Assembly: GCF_001194135.2 (NCBI RefSeq)
Contig: NC_068992.1
Coordinates: 57,965,385 to 58,011,894, forward strand
Direction: 5' to 3'
Source: Octopus bimaculoides
Taxonomy: Eukaryota
Length of the DNA: 46,510 bases
The stretch's first letter is position 1; each line of letters begins with the position of its first letter. Below are positions 34,625 through 46,024 of the stretch, piece after piece. The position numbers and the translations under genes were made by a program. Under the pieces are notes generated by a model. The model was not told where the DNA came from and did not search any database. It saw nothing but the letters and a program-made list of their open reading frames with translations.

Positions 34625-34855
34625 GAGTTGTGAGTTGGCAGAATTGTAAGAGTATAAGAAAAAAATGCCTAGCACTATTTCTTCTGACTTATTCCAGTTC
34701 TGATTATAAATCCTGCTGAGGTCAACTTTGCTTTTCATTATTTCAGGGTTGGTAAAATAAAATACCAAGAAAAGTACCGGTCAAGTTCTAGCATCAATGT
34801 GATTAACTAACCTCTTTCCTTAGAATTGCTGGCCTTGTGCCAAAATTAGAAAGAA
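34625..34855 (+). mobile_element. SINE family B
   Basis: Family motifs. Confidence 0.75.
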
Positions 34856-35182
34856 TCATCATCATCATCATCATCATCATCATAAGCTGCATTGCTGAAA
34901 CTGCACATATGGTCACGCATACACACAAACACACACACACATGCATGCATGCACACACATTAAGTGTCATACAGATACTGCGTGAGAGTTACGTCAAGTT
35001 GTACACATGTCTGTGGAATGCTGAGTCGCACATTAATCCCAGGAACAGACATTTCAGCTAATCAAATTACTGAATCTTCATGGTCAAATGACAGAGATCC
35101 ACCGCATACATACATACATGCTATATAGATAAATAGATAGATAGACAGATTGATAATATATATATATATATATATATATATA

Positions 35183-35863
35183 NNNNNNNNNNNNNNNNNN
35201 NNNNNNNNNNNNNNNNNNNNNNNNNNNNNNNNNNNNNNNNNNNNNNNNNNNNNNNNNNNNNNNNNNNNNNNNNNNNNNNNNNNNNNNNNNNNNNNNNNNN
35301 NNNNNNNNNNNNNNNNNNNNNNNNNNNNNNNNNNNNNNNNNNNNNNNNNNNNNNNNNNNNNNNNNNNNNNNNNNNNNNNNNNNNNNNNNNNNNNNNNNNN
35401 NNNNNNNNNNNNNNNNNNNNNNNNNNNNNNNNNNNNNNNNNNNNNNNNNNNNNNNNNNNNNNNNNNNNNNNNNNNNNNNNNNNNNNNNNNNNNNNNNNNN
35501 NNNNNNNNNNNNNNNNNNNNNNNNNNNNNNNNNNNNNNNNNNNNNNNNNNNNNNNNNNNNNNNNNNNNNNNNNNNNNNNNNNNNNNNNNNNNNNNNNNNN
35601 NNNNNNNNNNNNNNNNNNNNNNNNNNNNNNNNNNNNNNNNNNNNNNNNNNNNNNNNNNNNNNNNNNNNNNNNNNNNNNNNNNNNNNNNNNNNNNNNNNNN
35701 NNNNNNNNNNNNNNNNNNNNNNNNNNNNNNNNNNNNNNNNNNNNNNNNNNNNNNNNNNNNNNNNNNNNNNNNNNNNNNNNNNNNNNNNNNNNNNNNNNNN
35801 NNNNNNNNNNNNNNNNNNNNNNNNNNNNNNNNNNNNNNNNNNNNNNNNNNNNNNNNNNNNNNN
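35183..35863. other. Assembly gap (N)
   Basis: N run flanked by (AT)n. Confidence 1.
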
Positions 35864-36464
35864 TATATACATGTATTTATACACACATATATATATATAC
35901 ATAATATATACATGTACATGCTTTATATTTATGCATGTGTGTTTGTATGTGTGCATGTTTGTATTTGTGTGTGTGTGTGTGTGTAAGTATGTTTGATTAA
36001 ACTTGCATTCATTATGCATGCACACATGCAGGCTTATATACATGTACATGAGCATTCATGTGTGTGTTGTAACACATGCACACACACATGCACATACACA
36101 GGCACACACCTATGCAAGTTATCCCACGTATAAATTATACATCTTGTGACCTAGTTGCATTTGTTGACCTAGATTTTATTTAGAGGTTAGTGACATAGTT
36201 TTCTCCTTTTTCATAACAACCTAGATCTGTCAATGATCAACTCCAAGCTAAAATCTAGCCCAAATCTCATTAGTTTGATCATAAGATTGACATGTAGCTT
36301 CTCACCCCTACCAAAACCCCTTTTATACAACCCACTTTAATGTACAGGTGGCAGACACCACAAACTTACAGTTTTGAAATTCCAATCAAATTGTTGATGT
36401 TGTGTTTCCATTCCTTTTCATCAAGGGACATTTCTGTTGGTTAACTCTTTTTACAAAAGATTTT

Positions 36465-36625
36465 GGCTTCTGTGGCTGTGTGGTAAGTAGCTTGCTTACT
36501 AACCACATGGTTCTGGGGTTCAGTCCCACTGCGTGGCACCTTTGGCAAGTGTCTTCTACTATAGCCTCAACCCAGCCAAAGCCTTGTGCATGAATTTGAT
36601 TGACAGAAACTGAAAGAAGATTGTT
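36465..36625 (+). mobile_element. SINE family A 5' half
   Basis: tggctgtgtggtaagtagcttgcttactaaccacatggttc..ggttcagtcccactgcgtggcacc. Confidence 0.88.
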
Positions 36626-36632
36626 GTATATA

Positions 36633-36915
36633 TCATCATCATCATCATCATCGTTTAACGTCTGCTTTCCATGCTAGCGTGGGTCGGACGATTTGACTGA
36701 GGACTGGTGAACCAGATGGCTACACCAGGCTCCAATCCGATTTGGCAGAGTTTCTACAGCTGGATGCCCTTCCTAACGCCAACCACTCTGAGAGTGTAGT
36801 GGGTGCTTTTACGTGCCACCAGCATGAAAGCCAGCCAGGAGGTACTGGCAAAGGTCACGCTCGAAATGTTGTATTTTACGTGCCACCCGCACAGGAACCA
36901 GTCCAGCGGTACTGG
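36633..36915 (-). mobile_element. SINE-like family C
   Basis: Reverse complement of consensus, (CAT)n tail. Confidence 0.88.
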
Positions 36916-36924
36916 CAACAAACT

Positions 36925-36992
36925 CACTCAAAAATTTGAAAATACATCATTTCAAACCAAAATTTAAAATTCTACAAGAACTTTCTGACAAC

Positions 36993-36997
<5 letters not shown>
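36925..36997 (+). mobile_element. Possible mariner 3' end remnant
   Basis: caagaactttctgacaacataata resembles the TIR end at 8068-8092. Confidence 0.35.
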
Positions 36998-37023
<26 letters not shown>

Positions 37024-37227
37024 TCTTTTATTTGTTTTAGTCATTTGACTGCAGCCATGCTGGAGCACCACCTTTAGTTGAACAAATCAACCCCAGGACT
37101 TATTCTTTATAAGCCTAGTACTTATTCTATTGGTCTTTGCTGAACTGCTAAGTTATGGAGGACACAAATACACCAGCATCGGTTGTCAAGTGATGGGGTG
37201 GGGACAAATACAGACATATAAACATAT

Positions 37228-37418
37228 GATTGACCGTTGACTGAACACTATTCAATTTTTTTTCTCCGTGTTTTTCTCCTTGTCTCCGTATTCTTTCTGT
37301 TGAAGAGCGTAGCTCGAAACGTCAAAGACTTTCCGTATTCCCGAGCGTCATACTAATACATCCTTTTGTTATTTACACCACCTGTCCTCGTCTGTTGGTG
37401 TTATTTGTATATTCTCCC
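37228..37418 (+). mobile_element. ~190-bp element with hammerhead-like motif (copy 2), flanked by 14-bp direct repeats
   Basis: ACATATAAACATAT at 37214-37227 and 37419-37432; homologous to 14812-15000. Confidence 0.8.
37292..37328 (+). ncRNA. Candidate minimal type-I hammerhead ribozyme, variant core
   Basis: UCUUU-CUGUUGA-A-GAGC(GUA)GCUC-GAAA-CG-UC/AAAGA: stems I and II, palindromic ACGU stem III, GUC triplet. Has A6U and an extra A relative to consensus. Confidence 0.5.
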
Positions 37419-37529
37419 ACATATAAACATATACATTTATATACATATGATGGGCTTCATTCAGGTTCCAGCTACCAAATCTACAAAAAGGCTTGTATGT
37501 ATATATGTGTGTGAGTGTGTGTATGTTTG

Positions 37530-38065
37530 TACATTTTCTTGTCTTGACATCACGTGGTAGTTGTGCCAATGCCATTGTTTCCAATGCTCTGCAAAAATAT
37601 TGGCATGGGGAACTATTACATGGCTTGAAAACAGATAAGGATTTCCAACGGGAAAAGCATTTGGCTAGAGAAAATCTGTCTCAATAAACTTCGTCTGATT
37701 TGGGCAAGCATGGAAAAGTGGACATTAAAATGATGATGATGATGGTGATGATAGTGGAAGGGTTCTTGACTCCATGTTTTTATAAAATAAAATAACAACT
37801 GCTTCTGTTGTGGTCAACCCATCAGAAGCGGTTGTTATTTTATAAACACATCACCCTCCATTAACTTGGTCTTTGACACTTAGTTCAAATACCTAGCATG
37901 GTAAATATCTTTTTTCCTTCATCTTTTTACATTGCCTGAAAATAGATAAGGGTTGGCAACAGTAAGGACATCTGACCAAAGAAAATCTGTCTCAATAAAT
38001 TCTGTCTGACCCATGCAAGCATAGAAAAGTGGACATTAAATGATGACGATGATGATGATGATGGT
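37530..38065 (+). mobile_element. Two family C-related variant SINE copies (37530-37750, 37880-38065)
   Basis: gaaaatctgtctcaataaa..gcaagcat..aaaagtggacattaaa(tga)n twice. Confidence 0.7.
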
Positions 38066-38292
38066 AAGAAGTGTATACCTTAATTCACTGTTCCAAATTT
38101 TGTCCCTCTCCTCAGTTTCCCAGAAGGAAATGATGTAACCAAACACCTATTTACTTATCAAACGTTCTCCTCCAGTAATTCTTCATTTAAATTTGAAATG
38201 TTACACTATCTTGAAAAATAAAACTGTTTGTTTATCGGGTCAAGAGATATAAATAACATTGATCATAAAAGTACAAATATACCACCACAACA

Positions 38293-38326
<34 letters not shown>

Positions 38327-38614
38327 GCATGACTTACTTCTGGGAACCTTGTTTTGGCAACCACTGACTCCATGAACTCCCAATCATAAATAGTGACAAA
38401 GTGCTAGCAAAATGGAATTAAATACGTCCCAGAGAGAAATAGTCAGTGTTTTGCCAAACTACTATAGACACCCTAAGTGTAAATTTAAGTAACCAAGAGG
38501 AAATATATACTAAAGAGGTGTTGGTGTTGTTGATGGTGTTGGTGGTGATGTTGTTTAAGGCCAAGTCCTTCTTGATATATCAGACTCTGTTGAAAGGCAT
38601 TGAAATAATAACTG

Positions 38615-38837
38615 TTCTATTGTTTATCTTCTGCTTGCTTCATTCATTTGGACTGTGGCTATGCTGGAGCACTTCATTCAAGGATTTTAGTCAAACAAAT
38701 AAATCCTGATACTTACCGATTTGTTTTGTTTTTAAGTTTAGGACTTACTTTGTCAGTCTCTTTTGTCAGATTGCTAGGTTGTGGGGATGTAATTGAACCA
38801 ACACCAGTTGTCAAGGAATGATGGGGAGGTGACAAAT

Positions 38838-38840
<3 letters not shown>
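38615..38840 (-). mobile_element. SINE family A 3' half
   Basis: Family motifs. Confidence 0.75.
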
Positions 38841-38874
<34 letters not shown>

Positions 38875-39042
38875 AAAAAAACACACACACACATACAACA
38901 GAGGATTCCATACCAGGTACCTCTGAAGAGTGCAAGGTTACATAATGAGACTGTTACCTAACATTCCATTGAACCCCAAGTGTGAAACCAATTGGTAAGA
39001 TTGGCTGTAATGGACATATAACACACACACACACACACACAC

Positions 39043-39126
39043 ANNNNNNNNNNNNNNNNNNNNNNNNNNNNNNNNNNNNNNNNNNNNNNNNNNNNNNNNN
39101 NNNNNNNNNNNNNNNNNNNNNNNNNN
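39043..39126. other. Assembly gap (N)
   Basis: N run. Confidence 1.
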
Positions 39127-39265
39127 TATAAAACTAGGATACATTTTGTGATGCACTAGAAATGTGAATCTGTCATAAATAAACAAACCTCTTTTGTTTA
39201 TTTATAATACATTCCTAGCTGATTTGTAATAAAAGAGTAACAACCATAAAAAAGACAGCAATGCC

Positions 39266-39358
39266 TGGCACTCTGTCACTTATGGCACTCTGTCACTTAT
39301 GGCACTCTGTCACTTATGGCACTCTGTCACTTATGGCACTCTGGCACTCTGTCACTCA
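39266..39358. repeat. 17-bp tandem repeat TGGCACTCTGTCACTTA (4 perfect, 1 partial, 1 near-perfect)
   Basis: Copies at 39266, 39283, 39300, 39317, partial 39334, and 39342. Confidence 0.95.
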
Positions 39359-39677
39359 TCATTAGTTATAATGATGAGTGTTCTAATTGATCCAAACAAT
39401 GAAACAGCCTGCTTGTGAAATTAATGAGTTAGTGGCCGAGCAGTTCATAGACACATGTAGCCTTCATGTAGTTCTGGGGGAGAATCCATGTAATACAGAT
39501 TCTGATAAGGCTGGCCCTTTAAATTACAGGTACAACTCATTTTTTGCCAGCTGAGTGAACTGGAGCAATGTGAAATAAAGTGTCTTGCTCAAGGACACAA
39601 CACATCGCCAAAAATCGAACTCACGACCTTACGTTCATGAACCACATACCCTAACCACTAAGCCATGTGCCTTCACT
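39345..39677 (-). mobile_element. tRNA-derived SINE (family D), full length
   Basis: Head GTGAAGGCACATGGCTTAGTGG, B-box GTTCGAT, then GTGTCCTTGAGCAAGACACTTTATTTCAC..CTCAGCTGGCAAAAA; related copy at 44330. Confidence 0.85.
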
Positions 39678-39729
39678 ACAACAACAACAGCAACAATCAC
39701 AAACATCAATTTTTAAGAGTATTCTTCTT

Positions 39730-39830
39730 TAACCCTTTAGCAATTAGATTGCTCTGTCAAATGTAATGCTTATTTCTTCATATTGTTTCGAATTAATCAT
39801 GCATTATCTCGTAGCTTCACAATTTTGATG
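39730..39830. mobile_element. MITE-like fragment starting TTAACCCTTTAGCA
   Basis: Terminal motif shared with 44531. Confidence 0.5.
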
Positions 39831-40128
39831 AAGGACAGAGATGATGTGATGGTCAATAATAAATCACATGAATTTTATGAGATTTTTTTCCATAAAGACA
39901 GACCATTTCATTGAAGCAAAAAGACCAGATGTGATTGCAGGCAATGAGGTGTAGGGGGTTCAATCATGACATACATACAGTGTGTCTTGGACATTTTTAA
40001 ATATGGTGGAAAGACCATCTCTTTCACTCTCTCTCTCTCTCTCTTTATCTCTCTCTTTATCTCTCTCTTTATCTCTCTCTCTATATCTATCTATCTATCC
40101 ATCCATCCATCCATCCATCCATCCATCC

Positions 40129-40168
<40 letters not shown>

Positions 40169-40169
40169 C

Positions 40170-40330
40170 TCTCTCCTGTAACTTAGCAGTTTGGTAAAGA
40201 GGCCAATAGGATAAGAACTAGTCTTGCAAAGAATAAGACCTGGGGTTGATTTCTTCGACTAAAACCCTTTAAGGTGCTCCAGCATGGTCGCACTCAAATG
40301 ACTGATGCATGTAAAATAATAAAGGAATAA
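40170..40330 (+). mobile_element. SINE family A 3' half
   Basis: Family motifs. Confidence 0.8.
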
Positions 40331-40394
40331 AAAAATGTGTGTGTGTGTGTGTGTGTGTGCACTATGGGCTTCATTCAGTTTCTATCTGAAGAAA

Positions 40395-40911
40395 TCCTCT
40401 TACAAGGCTCCTCAAATCTCAAGAATCGTTTTTTAGGATTCTTGCAGAATACATAATAGTACTTTTCTACAGTTTGGTAATGCCAGTCTCAATTCCAATA
40501 TCTTTCAACCTCTTAGGTAACAGTTTTGTACTGTCCAAGCACACCAATTACCACAGGAATAATTGTCTTTTCCATCTTCCACCATCTCTTCATCTTTCTG
40601 GCTAGGCACTAACAATTTTCAATTTTCTCAACATATGGCATTGCAATGCCTATGATCTTATACTGATTTTTCTTCTTTCTTTCTTTCTTTCTTTTTTGTC
40701 TACAGTCATATCTGGTTTCCTTGCTTCAATAAAATGGTCTGCCTTTATGGAAAAAATCTCATAAAATTCTGTATTTTATTATTCACCATCACAGCCTCAG
40801 GTACGTTCATACCACTTGTCTGTCATTTCAAATCCATATATTCTGCTAACATCTCAATGTACTCTTTTATCAACTCAACCATGTCTGCTCCTATATTCTT
40901 TTTGAGGTAGC

Positions 40912-40912
<1 letters not shown>
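40395..40912 (-). mobile_element. Degenerate R4/Dong-clade LINE 3' end
   Basis: Minus strand, across frameshifts: KWYERTPEAV-like, DHFIEARKPD and KTIIPVVIGVLG motifs of the RLE domain. Confidence 0.75.
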
Positions 40913-40961
<49 letters not shown>

Positions 40962-40989
40962 GTTGTTGTTGTTGTTATTGTTGTTGTTG

Positions 40990-41053
<64 letters not shown>
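40912..41053. repeat. (ATT)n(GTT)n(CAT)n compound array
   Basis: Directly visible; N gap follows at 41054-41158. Confidence 0.95.
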
Positions 41054-41158
41054 NNNNNNNNNNNNNNNNNNNNNNNNNNNNNNNNNNNNNNNNNNNNNNN
41101 NNNNNNNNNNNNNNNNNNNNNNNNNNNNNNNNNNNNNNNNNNNNNNNNNNNNNNNNNN

Positions 41159-41325
41159 TCAGTAGTTTTATTTTTATAACGTGCTTTCACTTCACTACCG
41201 AGCGCAGCTCTGTGCGCCTTGAGGTATGTGCTGTGGTTTGCTGTGATGCTCTTATGGTTACTGTATTGAAAGTGTTTTGCGTAGGATGTGTGCAGTGCCC
41301 AGTAGTGCAATTTTCTGTATCTTAT
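41159..41325 (-). mobile_element. Well-preserved R4/Dong-clade LINE 3' terminus
   Basis: QKIALLGTAHILRKTLSIQ* followed by a short 3' UTR ending aaataaaactactga. Confidence 0.82.
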
Positions 41326-41384
41326 ATATATTTGTAAGTCCTGGTGTTTTTGTTATGTATTTGTCTGAGTATATTTTTTTTTCA

Positions 41385-42255
41385 TGCTGGGCAAAATGCT
41401 TAGTGGTATTTTTTTCTGCCGCTATGTTCTGAGTTCAAATTCCTCCCGAGGTTGATTTTGCCTTTCATCCTTTCAGGGTCGATAAATTAAGTACCAGTGA
41501 AACACTGGGGTTGATATAATTGCCTAGTCCCCTCCCCCAAAATTTCAGGCCTTGTACCTATAGTAGAAAGGATTATTATTATTAATATTAAAGCAGCAAG
41601 ATGGCTGACTCATTAACATGTCAGACAAAATGCTTTGTGGCATTGCTTCTTGTTCTTGCCATTCTGACTTCAGAATCTGCCAAGTATAACATTACCTTTG
41701 GGTCCTCTTGGTGGGGTTGATAAATAAGCTGTTGAGCACTGGGGTTGATGTAATCAACTCACCTCCCCATTCCTCAAAATCTCAGGCCTTGTGCCTATAT
41801 CTGGAAGGATTATTATTAAGGCAGTGAGTTGGCAGAATAATTAGCGCATTGGACAAAATGCTTATCCAGTATTTCATCTGTCTTTACGCTCTGAGTTCAA
41901 ATTCTACCAAGGTCAACTTTGCCTTTTATCCTTTTGTGGTTGATAAAATAAGTACCAGTTGAACACTGGGGTTAATGTAATTGACTTGCCCGTCCCCCAA
42001 AATTTTAAACATTATTACTATTATTATTAGGAAGTAAGATAAGGTGGTGAGTTGGCCAAATCGTTAGCATCCCAGGCAAAGTGCTTAGTGGTGTTTTGTC
42101 CGTTCTTATGTTCTAAGTTCAAATTCCGCCAAGGTTGACTTTGCCTTTCATCCATTCGGAGCTGGTAAAACAACTACCATTTGAGTACTGGGGCTGATAG
42201 CATCAAGCAAACCCTCCCCTGAAATAGCTGGCCCTGTGCCAAAATTTGAAACCAT
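41385..42255 (+). mobile_element. Four head-to-tail SINE family B copies
   Basis: Repeated aaatgctt..ttctgagttcaaatt..tttgcctttcatcc..aagtacc..actgggg..ccccaaaatt..attatt. Confidence 0.85.
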
Positions 42256-42728
42256 TATCAGGAAGTAAGTTTAGTAAAGTTAGAATTAAGATCGGAGTCC
42301 ATGACTCAGATTTTTATCAATTTACAGAACAACTTCATTTTATTTACAACATGAATACCCTTAGGGGTACAATGAACATCACACAATCCCATTTCCTTCT
42401 TCCTCTTATTAATCTGAAAAAAACTCATGGTTTATGTGAAATATAATTTTTTTCTTTTTTCTTATTCATTAAATTGTTGTTTAAGGCTCTCTAGTGAGTC
42501 GGCACAAACATTAAAATAGGGGACTCTAATGGAAACTCTATGGCATCTATTTCGGTATCCCATTGTTATTATTCATCAGCGGCTGATTTGGCCCTTTTAT
42601 CCCCTGACCCCTTTCCCCTATCATCAGTCTAGAAATCAATAAATGGAATACCTTATGCACAAGGCAGATTTTTATAAGGGGAAGGGATATAACTGAATGT
42701 GAATCAACTGTGGTGCATATGATGCTTC

Positions 42729-42759
<31 letters not shown>

Positions 42760-42766
42760 CACACAC

Positions 42767-42817
<51 letters not shown>

Positions 42818-43434
42818 TACATATATAATTGACAACAGAAGCCCAAATGCAAACCTGGAAGTACATATAATATTACTACTGGATACATACATATACACAC
42901 ATACACACACACACACATGCACACATACACACACACACACACACACGCACATTCATATATATATAGATGTGTATGTATGTTCATATGTGTGTATGTGAAT
43001 ATTGTTGAGGAGATGATTGATAAGTTAGTGTTTTGAATAAAAAATACATTGTAGTATTTTGTCTGCTAAGTTGGTCCTTTAGGTGGACTTAACCATTCAA
43101 TAACACTGATCAATCAAATAGTACCAAGCAAAGTAGTGGAGTCGATGAATCCAACCAAAACCTCTTGATGGCAGTGCTTGAGTGTAGCCATTGTCCAATG
43201 AGTGGAACCATGAAAGGAGTTAATGCTTTAACTCAATGCTTTATTGTCAAGGCCATGTTTACCCCGCTTAAACGAAGCACCAACAATATCTAAGGGTCTA
43301 TACTTTACAAAAGGGAAAATAATATTGTGAATAAATAAAAGAAACCATAATAATTATTGGCAGCATAATGAAAACAATATGTGAGGAGAAATAGTGAGAA
43401 CTGGACACAAATGCCTAGCAAATAACATTTAACG

Positions 43435-43860
43435 AAGGCGGCATGCTGGCAGAAACATTAGCACGCTGGGCTGTATTTTGTCTGCCATTACGTTCTGAGT
43501 TCAAATTCCGCTGAGGTTGACTTTGCCTTTCATCCTTTCAGGGTCGATTAAATAAGTACCAGTTATGCACTGGGGTCGATATAATCGACTTAATCCGATT
43601 GTCTGTCCTTGTTTGTCCCCTCTATGTTTTAGCCCCTTGTGGGCAGTAAAGAAATAAGAAACATTAGGATGTTGGGCGAAATGCTTAGCGGTAGTTCGTC
43701 TGTCTTTACAGTCTGAGTTCCAATTCTGCTGAGGTCGACTTTGCCTTTCATCCTTTTAGGATTGATAGATTAAGTACCAGTTGCGTACTGGGGTCAATCT
43801 AATTGACTGGCCCCCTCCCCCAAAATTTCGGGTCTTGAGCCTAGAGTAGAAAAGAATATT
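43435..43860 (+). mobile_element. Two tandem SINE family B copies, near consensus
   Basis: aaggcggcatgctggcagaaac...; the second ends cctagagtagaaaagaat. Confidence 0.88.
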
Positions 43861-43929
43861 TAATGTTTTCTTTCTACATACTGAGTTCAAATCCCATGAG
43901 AGCAAACTTTGCCTTCTTTCTCTCTGGAA

Positions 43930-44230
43930 TTCATCATCATCATTATCATCACCATTTAGCATCTGCTTTCTATGCTGGCATGGGTTGGACGGTTTGATTG
44001 AAACTGGTAAGCTGGAGAGCTGCTCCAGGTTCCAGTCTGATTTGGCATGGTTTCTACAGCTGGATGCCCTTCCTAATGCCAACCACTCCAAGAGTGTAAT
44101 GGGTGCTTTTATGTGCCTGTCATGTGACACCGGCATTTGTCACAACTACGATTTCAGTTGGCTTGATGGGTCTTCTTCCCAAGCACCGCATATTGCCAAA
44201 GGTTCTTGGTCACTTGTCATCGCCTCTGAA
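43930..44230 (-). mobile_element. SINE-like family C
   Basis: Reverse complement of consensus; same extended body as 4725-5018. Confidence 0.85.
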
Positions 44231-44329
44231 ATGCAAAATAAGTTCTATTTATAAACTGGATCAAAAGTCCTTCCTTAGCAACAGGCTCAAAAGGCTGATT
44301 TCCTGAATTCTGTGGTGTATATATTCCCC

Positions 44330-44510
44330 TTTGAATGGAATGCTGGTCCATTGTAGGTTTACTCACTTTTTGCCAGCTGAGTACAGTGGAGCAATGTGAA
44401 ATGAAGTGTTTAACTCAAAAATACAATGCATCACTCAGTCCAGGAATTGAAACAACAATCTTACAATTATGGGTGCAACACTCTAACTGCTAAGCCACTT
44501 GCCTCCACAT
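44330..44510 (-). mobile_element. tRNA-derived SINE (family D), diverged
   Basis: Head TGTGGAGGCAAGTGGCTTAG; ttttgccagctgag..ggagcaatgtgaaat shared with 39345-39677. Confidence 0.7.
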
Positions 44511-44530
44511 TTATAAACTGGTGGTGATTT

Positions 44531-44670
44531 TACCCTTTAGCATTTAAAATGTCCATATCCTGCCAAAATATTCTACCTGTTTTATGTTCAAACTGGCTAA
44601 ATTCAGCATCTCACACCCACCCTGCAATGTCATTCTCAAAATAAACAATCATATCTTTGAAATCTCTGGA
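44531..44670. mobile_element. MITE-like fragment starting TT(T)ACCCTTTAGCATTTAA
   Basis: Terminal motif shared with 39730. Confidence 0.45.
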
Positions 44671-44943
44671 TTCCTAAGAATGGGAAATGATATCACTATG
44701 AAATTGATAATACCATGTTACCTGCATAGATCAACAGCAGCCCAATACCCAGAAATCATCTTGGACTATCCTTCATTCTTTTCTACATACCTGATGAGTT
44801 AGGTTTGTTTGACAAGCCTATGAGGCTTTAAGTTGCATGGAGTTGAATCAAATTTTCATTAAATAATATATGTAACCCTGACCAAATATGTTGTGCGAAC
44901 TTTCGGTCATGTATAAACTTGGTTCTTTTTCCTAAAACTATAT

Positions 44944-45935
44944 NNNNNNNNNNNNNNNNNNNNNNNNNNNNNNNNNNNNNNNNNNNNNNNNNNNNNNNNN
45001 NNNNNNNNNNNNNNNNNNNNNNNNNNNNNNNNNNNNNNNNNNNNNNNNNNNNNNNNNNNNNNNNNNNNNNNNNNNNNNNNNNNNNNNNNNNNNNNNNNNN
45101 NNNNNNNNNNNNNNNNNNNNNNNNNNNNNNNNNNNNNNNNNNNNNNNNNNNNNNNNNNNNNNNNNNNNNNNNNNNNNNNNNNNNNNNNNNNNNNNNNNNN
45201 NNNNNNNNNNNNNNNNNNNNNNNNNNNNNNNNNNNNNNNNNNNNNNNNNNNNNNNNNNNNNNNNNNNNNNNNNNNNNNNNNNNNNNNNNNNNNNNNNNNN
45301 NNNNNNNNNNNNNNNNNNNNNNNNNNNNNNNNNNNNNNNNNNNNNNNNNNNNNNNNNNNNNNNNNNNNNNNNNNNNNNNNNNNNNNNNNNNNNNNNNNNN
45401 NNNNNNNNNNNNNNNNNNNNNNNNNNNNNNNNNNNNNNNNNNNNNNNNNNNNNNNNNNNNNNNNNNNNNNNNNNNNNNNNNNNNNNNNNNNNNNNNNNNN
45501 NNNNNNNNNNNNNNNNNNNNNNNNNNNNNNNNNNNNNNNNNNNNNNNNNNNNNNNNNNNNNNNNNNNNNNNNNNNNNNNNNNNNNNNNNNNNNNNNNNNN
45601 NNNNNNNNNNNNNNNNNNNNNNNNNNNNNNNNNNNNNNNNNNNNNNNNNNNNNNNNNNNNNNNNNNNNNNNNNNNNNNNNNNNNNNNNNNNNNNNNNNNN
45701 NNNNNNNNNNNNNNNNNNNNNNNNNNNNNNNNNNNNNNNNNNNNNNNNNNNNNNNNNNNNNNNNNNNNNNNNNNNNNNNNNNNNNNNNNNNNNNNNNNNN
45801 NNNNNNNNNNNNNNNNNNNNNNNNNNNNNNNNNNNNNNNNNNNNNNNNNNNNNNNNNNNNNNNNNNNNNNNNNNNNNNNNNNNNNNNNNNNNNNNNNNNN
45901 NNNNNNNNNNNNNNNNNNNNNNNNNNNNNNNNNNN

Positions 45936-45937
<2 letters not shown>
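44944..45937. other. Assembly gap (N)
   Basis: N run. Confidence 1.
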
Positions 45938-45981
<44 letters not shown>

Positions 45982-46024
45982 ATGTGTATGTATGTGTGTA
46001 TGTGTGTGTGCACGAGTGTATCAT

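Larger units (their letters stand above)
37022..37490 (-). mobile_element. SINE family A split by the hammerhead-like insertion
   Basis: 3' half at 37022-37227; body resumes at ~37445 (gatgggcttcattcaggtt..accaaatc). Confidence 0.82.

Noticed and set aside
44791-44830. CTGATGAG followed by a 9-bp hairpin (TAGGTTTGT/ACAAGCCTA) as a hammerhead
   Set aside because: No GAAA after the stem and no stem I/III or NUH site.
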